Shown here: positions 12,890-23,507 of the stretch, piece by piece
How the letters are laid out: each line of letters begins with the position of its first letter
How positions within the stretch are numbered: the first letter of the stretch is position 1
NCBI GenBank assembly: GCA_951406725.2
Contig: OX597823.1
Span: forward strand, 43,896,001-43,960,000
Reading direction: 5' to 3'
Source: Octopus vulgaris
Lineage: Eukaryota
Length of the DNA stretch: 64,000 bases
Notes under the pieces: generated by a model
Databases searched by the model: none
The model's input: only the letters and a program-made list of their open reading frames with translations
Told to the model about the DNA's origin: nothing
Translations under genes and position numbers: made by a program

Positions 12890-13180
12890 TATTGCTCTCT
12901 TTTTGCCGAACCGCTAAATTACAGGGACATAAACGAACCAACAGCAGATGTCAGGCTGTGGTGGGTGCTAAGCACAAAGACACACAGACACACGTGTGTG
13001 TAATATGTATATATTATATATAGACGATGGGCTTTTTTGTCTATCAAATCCACTCACGAGGCTTTGGTTAGCTCGGAAATATACCAGAAGACACTCGCCG
13101 AATTTTTCACGCAGTGGAACTAAGTCCAGAACCATGTGATTAGGAAGCAAACGTCTTACCACAGAGCCACGCCTGCGTCT
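12890..13180 (-). mobile_element. SINE family A, near full length, diverged
   Basis: TTTTGCCGAACCGCTAA...AAATCCACTCAC...CTTACCACAGAGCCACGCCTGCG. Confidence 0.85.
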
Positions 13181-14269
13181 CTGTGTTACCACAAGGTCAC
13201 GAGAGAGCACACTTTGTCCGTAGCCAATGAAATCGGTCGTATTTTTATTACAAGTAAATATTTAGATGAGCTTGAAATGAATTTTAAATGACGTTCCGAT
13301 TTCAAATCCTAACAAAATTGAACTCTGTTAGGATTTTAAATCGGAACGTTTAGTTGAGAAACTAAATACTGTTAGATAATCCAGCCGTATTTTTACCACC
13401 CTATCGATTCACCATTCACTCTAGCCCCTTGATATGTATTTCGTAAAAAAAATATTATTAAGAAATCAAAAATATTATTAAGAAAGCTACATATCATAGA
13501 TTAAATATACCGTTGGAAATTTATTTATTGAGCCATTCAATTAGTTTATTCAATTTACTATTAATTTAAAGTCCCTTTTTACTTGTTTCTTTAAATGAAT
13601 ATTAAAACACGATATTAAATTTTATCCTATACAATAAGATAAGATTTAGTGATAATTATATTTTATAACAAGTTTAAAATCTAATTGTAAATACTTAGAT
13701 CTGAGGTACAGTGTGTTTTTTGAAAGATTGAGCTGCCAAATTAAATTAAAGTTTAGATTTTTGAACTTAAAATAAGTACTCGTTGCTAAGCAACTTAATG
13801 GCGGTATAATTATACTCTAAACTTCCCGAATGTACAATAATTACTTAAGAACAAAACAAAAACGTGTGTTATAATTCCAAACATGTCTAGATAAGCAAAT
13901 GACAGTTTATTTCGATGCTCACTGAAAATGTTCTCTTTTTACTTCTATTGAAGTTTTGTCCTGTGGTTTCTCACGTTTTTATTTATTTTATTTATATATT
14001 TATTTTTTGTCTGAAAAGGTGAATGTACGATAGTTAAAATGAGAGACATCGATATCAGTATTGTTGGCCACGCAATTAAACGTTTCTATCTTCTCGTTTC
14101 TACCATTCTCTCTGTCGCTGTCACTGTTTTCTGCTAGCATTCTCACTTGAATTACCGACAATTAAGTCTAGTCAATAACATTGTAAGAGTGAAAAGCACA
14201 GACTCTAAAAAGAGAGCGAGAGTGACAATAAGCGACAGAGAGCGTTCGAAATGATGCGCAACTGGCGAG

Positions 14270-14596
14270 TGCTATAGATCAGCTTGTCGGTCTGTTGAAC
14301 GAAAAATTCAGTACGGTTGTAGATAAGGGCAGAATGAATATTGGTGGCGATGGTCAGACGGCGAAAACTGCAATATTTTGGTTACGTTAGCGAAGCCTAG
14401 ACGTTTTGTGTCTACATTGTCGTAAGCTGGAAGCACGGACGCTGGAAGCACGGAAAACGGGATCGCAGGTGACATAGATGAACTAAGTGAGCTTAGTAGA
14501 GTGCACGGCTGCATCGCCAGGCCGCAGAATTTGGCAAAATGTGGTGGTTGTGTATGACGTAGCCGACCTTTAGCCATGAGGGTATTGATATTGATT
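14270..14596 (+). pseudogene. RTE-clade LINE 3' end relic
   Basis: Translation LLAMVRRRKLQYFGYV matches the RTE ORF C-terminal RR.L..FGHV motif; ends in a short repeated tail TATTGATATTGAT. Confidence 0.6.
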
Positions 14597-15035
14597 TCAA
14601 ATTTTGTATATCTAGGACTGCGTGTCTCAGTGCAGCCGTCCTTATTTTAAGGCGGTAGCGAGTGATTGGAAGAAGAGTGAACTATTTCTAGCAGGATGGA
14701 CAGCCACTTAGAGGTTTACACGTAGGCTCGATACTTGTCCATTTAAAAATGGAGGGTCTGTAAAGATCGTCTCGAGCTTGTTTAGGATTCAGTTCCATTT
14801 CTTTGAAAAGTGAACTGAAAGACTAAATGGTTGTATCACAATGTTTTAAAGAATGTCTATACTAAAATGGCCGCATGTAAAAGGGCTGGCCTCTTTTGGA
14901 CGGGCGATAGGTTACAATCATTGGCTTTGTGCATAAATCCAAACGAAGCAATATTCCCACGCTTCCTATTTTCATATGACCAAGGAAAAACCATTCCAGG
15001 AATTATCATGGAGTGTTTTTATATTAATTGTACGA

Positions 15036-15250
15036 AAGGCGGTGACCTGGCACAACCATTAGCACACCGGACAAAATACCTTGGGCATTTTCGTCGAGCT
15101 TTACGCCCTGAGTTCAAATTCCACCGAGGTTGACCTTGCCTTTCCTTTTTATGGAGTCGATAAAAGGAGTACCAGTCAAGTATTGCGGTCAATGTATTCA
15201 ACTGGCCTCACTCGCCGAGTTTCAGATCTTGTGCCTATTGTAAAAAGTGT
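15036..15250 (+). mobile_element. SINE family B, diverged
   Basis: AAGGCGGTGACCTGGCAC...CTGAGTTCAAATTCCACCGAGGTTGACCTTGCCTTTC. Confidence 0.8.
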
Positions 15251-16175
15251 ATTAATTGTACGACTCAATATAAATCAGTATTCAGACTGCTTGCATATTC
15301 AAGGAGGTAAACCAAAATATTTCACCAATAAACAAAATGTAAGTGATGAATAAATGGTACTAGTACGATTCATTGTATTTGTATATATGCGCATAATATA
15401 TGGTACATCTGTATTTTGTACGCGTGAGTATGCGCGAGACTGTATTTATGTCAATCATTTATGAACAATAATCATTGATGTAGGTTTCTTATGGGCCAAT
15501 CATTAGATTGCAGATTTTTCTGGAGTGTGAATGACAACAAATATCTATGCTATCAGCTTTTGAATGCGTGTATCTCGTCGGCCGCAATGACCGTAGAAGT
15601 TCGCTCTAAATTCTGATAATCGAATGTAGCAAGCTCATGTTCAAAGTAAGGGTCTTACCATGAAGTTTTAAAAGGTAGTAAACAATCATTAATACACAAG
15701 ATGACGTCATTCATCGTGCCATGGTAGAACTACTCTCATTTTTGGACAAGCAGTATCTTTGCTACAGCAATCTACATCCTGTTTATGGAAGCGGTTAACA
15801 ACTTGTATTTATTGAAGCATCATCTCCACCAATGGCATTAACACTAAATGCCTTCGTTTCGACTGCAATTATGTCAGGTTGTCATTCATTATGATTCCAT
15901 GCCGCTTTATTTCTTATTTATCACTTTTCGTTGGCCAATTCGATGCCTGTTTCTGTTTGTCGGTTTTGCAATTATGTCCCGTATTCTAAATTTTGATAAC
16001 CAATTTTAGCAAAGCATGATGTTAATTACAAAATTAACGGGCTATGAGAGATTAGTCAGGAAAATCGAGAAAAAATGATAAAAGAAGAAGAATCAAAACT
16101 AATAACAAACAGATATAATAGCAATGTCGAACAATTATGACAAAATGACCATATATATATATATATATATATATA

Positions 16176-16454
16176 TGGAATGGAAGCACTCCGTCGGTAA
16201 CGACAACGAGGGTTCCGGTTGATCTGATCAACGGAACAGCCTGCTCGTGAAATTAACGTGTAAGTGGCTGAGCACTCCACAGACACGTGTACCCTTAACG
16301 TAGTTCTCGGGGATATTCAGCGTGACACAGAGAGTGACAAGACCGGCCCTTTGAAATACAGGTACAACAGAAACAGGAAGTAAGAGTGAGAGAAAGTTGT
16401 GGTGAAAGAGTACAGCAGGGATCACCACCATCCCTGCCGGAGCCTCGTGGAGCT
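16176..16454 (-). mobile_element. SINE family C (OR-like), 5'-truncated; a further internal fragment lies at ~16668-16735
   Basis: Near-identical reverse complement of ~62155-62430. Confidence 0.92.
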
Positions 16455-16762
16455 CCAGTCGTGAATTTTGTCTTCAAAATACAGAAGACATTGATTATAA
16501 TGTCTGTAATCGAAAGGTTAGAATTTCTTCGCTCTCAGGGTTATGTTAATTTGGGAAAATTTCCCCATTATGCGCTAGTTTGGCTGTATTAAATGACAGA
16601 CAAGCAAACAAGGAATCAGAGTAACACACACACACACACACACACACTTGTATATATATATATATATAACGTGTAAGTGTAAGAGTGGCTGAGCACTCCA
16701 CAGACACGTGTACCCTTAACGTAGTTCTCGGGGATAATATATATATATATATATGTATATGT

Positions 16763-16820
<58 letters not shown>

Positions 16821-17158
16821 AAACTGAGACCGGTACTATTCCGTTTATTTCTATCCCTAAATGTTGAGTAATGGATAGAAATTCTTTTAGATAACTCTAA
16901 CGATGTGCTTCCAATGTAAAATCGTACTTTATTACGAGTACTGATTATACACTGGTATATAGAATTTTAAATATAACACCTTTAAAAGTAATTACGCTAT
17001 GAATACTAGTAAAAAATATTTGGTTAATAATTCCTTACGGGAGACAAATTAAATCTAATCTCCCACTGCTGTTTCGTCAATTTCCAAACAATTCTAGATA
17101 TTACTCTATAATTAATTCACATAAGGTTAGGATAGGTTTTTCAAACACAAAAAATCTC

Positions 17159-17698
17159 TTGCAAATTATATCGTCTCATAATAACAAACTGTTAAATATT
17201 AATACATTTACTAATACTAACATTAATTTAGCTAATACCAGCCAACCCTCTAGAAATATTAATAACAAGGTTATTGTATCTGAAGTCAATTCCAATAGAA
17301 TTAAATTTATGTCAAGTAACTCTAAGATTAAAAATTCTATATACCAGTGTATAATCAGTACTCGTAATAAAGTACGATTTTACATTGGAAGCACATCGTT
17401 AGAGTTATCTAAAAGAATTTCTATCCATTACTCAACATTTAGGGATAGAAATAAACGGAATAGTACCGGTCTCAGCAAACTGATTTGGGATTTAAAAGAC
17501 CACAATGAACAATTTCATTTAGAATGGTTGATCCTCTCAATTTCGATACCATATGACAAAGGCAAGAAATTCTGTCTTCTCTGCAATTCTGAGCTATTTT
17601 TCATTATTTTTTCTAAAAATACTCTAGTAAACACGGTTATAGAACGAGCATACAGATGTAAGCATTGGCAGAAACATACTTTTAGTGCATATAAGTAG
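17159..17698 (+). CDS. Penelope-like element C-terminal fragment: RT-EN linker plus GIY-YIG endonuclease
   Basis: QIISSHNNKLL...SIYQC...FYIGST...KRISIH..F...STGLSKLIWDLK...WLIL....Y......CLLCNSE...LVN...CKH, a pattern typical of PLE GIY-YIG domains; the upstream in-frame FPNNSRYYSIINSHKVRIGFSN also fits; TTG start is not a real start. Confidence 0.85.
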   Translation: MQIISSHNNKLLNINTFTNTNINLANTSQPSRNINNKVIVSEVNSNRIKFMSSNSKIKNSIYQCIISTRNKVRFYIGSTSLELSKRISIHYSTFRDRNKRNSTGLSKLIWDLKDHNEQFHLEWLILSISIPYDKGKKFCLLCNSELFFIIFSKNTLVNTVIERAYRCKHWQKHTFSAYK

Positions 17699-17891
17699 TC
17701 TCTATCATTATATATAGTTTAAACTTTAATTTCCTTTATATTTAACATTCACTATTAATATCCCTACTCTTTCTGTTAGCTACTTATGACGTTATATCAT
17801 ATAACGTTTTTTAAACAATATTAATAGCGTTCTGTCTATCGCTATACGAATCCATCATTTTTTGCTAAAATGTCGTATTGACGAGTTTCGT

Positions 17892-17989
17892 TTTTTCACT
17901 TTCCCGAAGAGAAGATTGCATTGTTTATACCTTTTATTCTTTTGAATAAGTATCAGTGGAATTTTCGAAACATATGTAGAAAGTAAAAA
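17892..17989 (+). ncRNA. Type-I hammerhead ribozyme fold (minimal palindromic stem III, long stem II)
   Basis: Stem I ACUUUC(17898-17903)/GAAAGU(17979-17984); core CCGAAGA(17904-17910); stem II GAAGAUUGCAUUG/CAGUGGAAUUUUC; GAAA(17967-17970); stem III CAUAUG; cleavage triplet GUA ending 17978. Confidence 0.72.
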
Positions 17990-18021
17990 TACTTGTTTAA
18001 ACCTGCGTTAACTCCATTTTT

Positions 18022-18073
<52 letters not shown>

Positions 18074-18164
18074 ACAATTGAGGGTAAAATTAATTAGTTA
18101 TTAATCAATTTCACCAAGTATTCAGTATGTAAAAGGACCATTTAAGGCGAATTCAAAATATTAC

Positions 18165-18289
18165 ATTATATAATTAGGGCTTAGTAAAATAAATTACTTT
18201 GCCACATACTGAACTTGCTAGAAATAGCAGCCCAAAAAAGTTTTTTTGCCATTTCCATGGCAAAGTAATTTATTTTACTAAGCCCTAAT

Positions 18290-18297
<8 letters not shown>
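18165..18297. repeat. Perfect 40-bp inverted repeat
   Basis: ATTATATAATTAGGGCTTAGTAAAATAAATTACTTTGCCA (18165-18204) and its reverse complement (18258-18297). Confidence 0.92.
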
Positions 18298-18367
<70 letters not shown>

Positions 18368-18390
18368 GTATATATGTATATATATATAAA

Positions 18391-18483
18391 TGGAGGCGCA
18401 ATGGCCCAGTGGTTAGGCTCGCGGTCGTAGGATCGCGGTTTCGATTCCCAGACCGGGCGTTGTGAGTGTTTATTGAGCGAAAA
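18391..18483 (+). mobile_element. SINE family C tRNA-like head only
   Basis: TGGAGGCGCAATGGCCCAGTGGTTAGG...GGTTTCGATTCCCAGACC as at 62047, with a small internal deletion. Confidence 0.9.
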
Positions 18484-19250
18484 TGATTAAAAAATAAAAA
18501 TTTTTGTACAGTGAGTATTTATATTCCAGCTTTCTTAAAACAGACAATATTTTAATTATTAAAAAGTAGTTTTAAGTGAATATGATTTAAAAAATACGAG
18601 TTGTTTGTGCAGTAAATATTTATTTGTACCTTTAATATTTTTTTTTTTTTTAATTATTTTCAAATACCATTAAAAATATTTGATGGGGCACATTTAAAAC
18701 ATATTTTTTAAGTGAAAACGACTTACAAATTGCAAATGTTTTGTACAGTGAGTATTTATATTTCAGCTTTTTTTTTAACAGACAATATTTTAATTATTCA
18801 AAAGTACTTTTAAGTGAATATGATTTGAAAATTATGAGGTTTTTTCAGTAAATATTCATATATAGCTTTCTTTTAAACAGACAATATTTTCAAGCTTTCT
18901 TTCAACAGACAATATTTTAATTTTTTAAATTATTTTCAAGTGAATACCATTATTTTTTTTATATATCTATGATATTTTTAAGTAAAAATGACTTAAAAAT
19001 TAAAAACTGTTAGTACAGTAAGTATTTATATTTGAGATTTCTTTAAACAGTCACTGTTTTAATTATTAAAAAGTATTTTTAAGTGAATATGATTTGAAAA
19101 ATACGAGTTGTTTGTAGAGTAAATATTTATATATAGATTTCTTTAAACAGACAATATTTTCATTATTTACAAATATTTTTCAGTGATGATTTTTTAAAAA
19201 TTATTTCTTGAGGTAATAAAATTTTTTCTAATGTGAATACGATTTCACAT
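18484..19250. repeat. AT-rich degenerate tandem repeat (~240-270 bp higher-order units with internal subrepeats)
   Basis: GTACAGT(G/A)AGTATTTATATT recurs at ~18506, 18743, 19013; AACAGACAATATTTT and AAGTGAATATGATTT recur many times. Confidence 0.85.
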
Positions 19251-19259
19251 TCTTACATC

Positions 19260-20249
19260 ATTCCACAATAAGAAAAACAGAAACCAACTGGTTATTAGTT
19301 AGTAGGAAGAGAGCGCGGCTAAGGCGAGCCAAAGAAGGTCAGCAAGATAGTGGTCAATGGCAACAAGATTGGGACAGGCATGCGAATAGAAGGATCGATT
19401 AGACTTATAAAGCAAGGGCTGAGCGTCTGGCGGAACAGAGGGAAAGAGACAGAAGCAGGAGAGATCATGAATCGGATGCTCGGACAGCTTAGTGTCTGGC
19501 GGAACAGAGGGAAAGAAACACAAGCAAGAAAAATAATGAATCGGATGCTCGGAGTGCAGAACATATGGAAAAAGGCAGAAGCAGGAGAGATGATGATTCG
19601 CATGCTCAGAAGGAGAGAGACAGAAGCATGGGAGATTATGAATCGGATGCTCAGAGAGCTGAACGTCTTTGCCAACAAACCATTAGGAATAGGGCAAGGA
19701 CAATTCAACGACGTGACCTCTCTGCTGATATTGGACAGATGAATAAGAGCTGTGTCTTTTATCATGCAATGCGTCTTCATGGTGAAACTGCTAACTTTTG
19801 TTGTATGAATGGAAAAGTCAGGCTGAGGAATCTGCACCCTTTACCCCAGGAGCTTCACAATTCATTTAGTAATGATCAACCTAGGGCAAACGAGTTCAGG
19901 AAGAACCTCAGACGATACAAATGCATGTTCTAAATTACATATTTTGGGACAGAAGTTCGTTCCTCAAGGAGTGGATAGAATCCTATCGTTATTCACGGTC
20001 ATCATTACATCGGTCTCTTAACTCCTAATCCCAACGAACAATACAATTTCTTCAAATTTGCTTCCTGGATCCTCAGGATAGTGTTGATTTCAGGATGAGG
20101 ATACTCCATAACGATGGCATTCAGCGCGACATAGTGGAATTATTGGAAATTATACTCAGATAATATAACCCTCACGTTTCGAATGGCTATAGAACAAATT
20201 TATAATATTCCTGAAGCTTCAATTATTATTGATCCTGATTGGAAACCAG
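19260..20249 (+). pseudogene. Helitron RepHel N-terminal relic (23-aa repeats plus Zn-binding region)
   Basis: 69-bp repeats encoding ESDA.RAERL.EQRERDRSRRD; IGQMNKSCVF.HAMRLHGETANFCCMNGKVRL..L.PLP..L....A.EFRKNLRRY..MF is the Helitron N-terminal signature. Confidence 0.85.
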
Positions 20250-20952
20250 CTATAGCTGCGAAGAGCAGAGAGAAAGAAAAGGGCTGTGGAAAGCATAAAA
20301 ACAAATCCCAAAGCTTTCTATAAATTCGCAAAGGAAACAGAAACAATACAATGTAAAAGAGAACCATTGTTCCAAGGGAAGGACTCACTTATCCTTCTTG
20401 GCACAATTCCTGTCTACACTTGATCCATGGGTTCAGTTTGGTAAACGATGTACAAATAAGATGGTAGAAGGTTTTCGAAAGTGATACTGTGTTTTTCGTT
20501 CCTCTTATACAGACTGTCAATTTAGCCTGCACACCCTGGATGTAAACTTCTATTTCGAAGTGGGAGCGCTAAGCAATGATATGTTTAAATGTAATGTTAT
20601 TACCACTTTAAATATGCTTGTGGTACGTCTGGACAAATAAACAAGCCACGACAAAACACAGTGAATTGCTTGCTTATTAGTCCAAACTCCATACAAGCAT
20701 ATCTGAACTTTGATATGATATAGCAGCTCTAAAATAGGAGGCACCAGCTTCAACATTGAGGAAACAGATGTAACAGCGGCCATAGATGAAATGAGCTCAT
20801 GCTATGCCACTGGTCCTGATGGCTTCCCAGCTATTCTCCTAAAGTCATATAAGCAGGCTTTAGTGAAACCACTTCAGATACTTTTTCAAAGTTTCTTTGT
20901 AAGAGGTATACTTCCTAAAAAGCTGAAATAAGGCATTATATGCCCTATCCAC
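20250..20952 (+). pseudogene. CR1/L2-group LINE fragments inserted in the Helitron relic
   Basis: IKTNPKAFYKFAKE (~20295-20338) and DVTAAIDEM...ATGPDGFPAILLK...LVKPLQILFQ...LP..LK*GIICPIH (~20748-20952), homologous to the LINE at 34037-36070. Confidence 0.75.
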
Positions 20953-21738
20953 ATGAGAGATCTATTTATCGTGCTCCTCAAAAATACAGAAATTAACAAT
21001 TCCAATGCTTTATGGGCTAGATTTAAGAATTCACTGTCTGAGGATTACCTTCAAATAGAAAAAAAGGGCGACCAGAAACTCTAATCTTTTGATTAGCGAG
21101 AGATACTAGGATCAATGTCTTCTGTATTTTGAAGACAAACTTAACAACCTAAGAAAATCCCTTAGTGACTTTAATCAGGATATTGGTAATTTGGAGTTAT
21201 TGCATGAATTACAATACAGCAGAGAAGAGCAGCGACGATTTGTACAAGAGGAGCCAGTATTGGATAGTGAGCAAGAACATGTGTACAACTTCGTCTGCAA
21301 CAGTTTAGAGAGGAACACATCTGCATTGATTTTCACTGACGTTCCAGGTGGAACAGCAAAGGCATTCCTGATTATTCCTTTCAAAACTCAAAGGAAACGG
21401 TGACGTGGCTATTGCCGTGGTGTAATCTAGCACTGCTGCAACACTGATGTTTGGTGGAAGAACGGCTCATTCTAGGTTCAAAATACCGATAGCAGTGAAA
21501 CAAAATGGTCTGTACAACATTGATAAAATCTCAACGATAGCAAACCTCTTCCAGCATACAAGGCTGATTGTTTGGGACCATTGTCCTAAGATTTAGAGGG
21601 ATAGCTTCGAAGCTGTTGACCTCATTTTGCATGACATATGTGACAACAATGGGGCATTCGGTGGAATTTTGACAATTTACTATGGTGATTTCCGTCAGCT
21701 TCTTCCGGTAGTGAAAAGGGCAAATGACGCAGGCATGC
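20953..21738 (+). pseudogene. Helitron PIF1-like helicase relic
   Basis: MRDLFIVLL; LDSEQEHVYN...FTDVPGGTAKAFL (Walker A relic); AATLMFGGRTAHSRFKIP; LIVWD; FGG...GDFRQLLPVV. Confidence 0.9.
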
Positions 21739-22686
21739 ATTGCAAAATCCTACTTACGGCGAAGCTTCAAAAAATTTCAGTTGAACATAGACATACGATG
21801 AGGAATAGACTTAATGCTGCCGGTTTAAATGGTTGTTATGGTGCCAGAAAATCACTGCTTCGACTTGTGAATAAAAATAAGTGACTTATATGGGCCAGAA
21901 AACATCACACCTGGAGCGTTGATCAATAGAAACAAGTCCTCTGGACTGATGAATCAAAACTTGAAATCTTCGAATCCCAGAGTAGTTTATGGAGGCGAAA
22001 AATTGGTGAACAGATGACTCCTGAGTGTATAGGTTCAACTGTAGGGCATGGTGGGGGAAAGTGATGATCTGGAGTTGTTTTGCAAGCAAAGGGTGTTGGG
22101 GATGTTCAGCGGGTAACAGGAATATTGAATCAAAACCTGTACCACTTTATCCTCCAGCGTCATGCCAGTCCATCTGGGACGAGGCTGATCGGTGATAATT
22201 TCGATGCAAGATAACAATCCTAAACATACTTCTAAGCTATGCAAAAACTATTTACAGAAGAAAATGGATGAAAAACATTGACTGTAATGGCATGGCCAGC
22301 CTAGTCCCCCGATTTCAATCCCATCGAAATTGTGTGGAATGAATTGGGTCACATAGTCAAAAAACGACAACCAAGTAGTGCAGAAACACTCAGGACACTA
22401 TTACAAGAGGAGTGGCAAAATATTACCAACTAATATTTGTTTTCATTGCTCGAACAAATGCCCAGAGTATGATCCTCAGTGATCAAGACCAAGAGCAGAT
22501 ATTTCGATGAGTCTAAGATTTAGCGTTTTCCTCTGATTTTTCAGTTTTGTTCGGTTACTGAGTTAATTATGTCATCCAATGAATGCAATAATACATTAAT
22601 AAAATATTTCACCAGAATTCCTTAGTTATTTCCATTTTGTAAATTTGTTTCAAAATAAGTTTAGGTGATCTTAAACTTTTGGATAG
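21739..22686 (+). mobile_element. Decayed Tc1-family transposon, 3' two-thirds (approximately DD38E spacing)
   Basis: RNRL..AGL.G..ARKSLLR; VLWTDESK; TVGHGGGKVMIW; QDNNPKHTSKLCKNYL...WPA*SPDFNPIE; YFDESKI* at ~22523; end AAACTTTTGGATAGTAG resembles a Tc1 TIR. Confidence 0.88.
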
Positions 22687-22704
22687 TAGTAGTAGTAGTA
22701 GTAA

Positions 22705-22742
<38 letters not shown>

Positions 22743-22758
22743 ATAGTAGTAGTAGTAA

Positions 22759-22797
<39 letters not shown>

Positions 22798-22811
22798 AAA
22801 TAGTAGTAGTG

Positions 22812-22869
<58 letters not shown>

Positions 22870-22872
22870 AAA

Positions 22873-22914
<42 letters not shown>

Positions 22915-22917
22915 AAA

Positions 22918-22986
<69 letters not shown>

Positions 22987-22996
22987 AAGTAGTAGT
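22683..22996. repeat. (TAG)n microsatellite
   Basis: Directly visible. Confidence 0.98.
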
Positions 22997-23000
22997 ATAT

Positions 23001-23123
23001 GAGACCGATAGTATAAGCACAAGGCTTACGAAGAATAAGTTCTGGAGTCGATTTATTCGACTAAAAGCGGTGCTCCAGCATGGCCACAGTCAAATGACTG
23101 AAACAAGTAAAAGAGTAAAAGAG

Positions 23124-23125
<2 letters not shown>
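23001..23125 (+). mobile_element. SINE family A 3' tail
   Basis: GGTGCTCCAGCATGGCCACAGTCAAATGACTGAAACAAGTAAAAGAGTAAAAGAG. Confidence 0.88.
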
Positions 23126-23176
<51 letters not shown>

Positions 23177-23442
23177 GTATATATATTCATATACATACAT
23201 ATATATATACATACTACATAATATATATGTATATATATGCATATATATGTGTGTGTATGGGTGTGTATTTATGTATGTATGTATGTATTATGATTTCGTT
23301 TAGGAATAGTGATATTAATAACCAGTTGATGGACTTCCATATAATTATACTTCAATAGAAAGTATCAGGTGAATAAAGAATGTAATATCAATTAATGAAT
23401 TAATTCATACGGTAAGAGGCATGTGTGTGTGTATGTGTGTGT

Positions 23443-23507
<65 letters not shown>

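Larger units (their letters stand above)
16819..18027 (+). mobile_element. 5'-truncated Penelope-like retroelement (Naiad-like) with an inverted 5' segment, flanked by (TA)n
   Basis: Contains a GIY-YIG ORF, a 145-bp inverted copy (16824-16968 = reverse complement of 17331-17475) and a 3' hammerhead fold. Confidence 0.85.

Noticed and set aside
17785-17835. Possible SECIS element (ATGAC...AA...) 3' of the Naiad-like ORF
   Set aside because: No 3' GA for the kink-turn quartet and no in-frame TGA in the visible ORF
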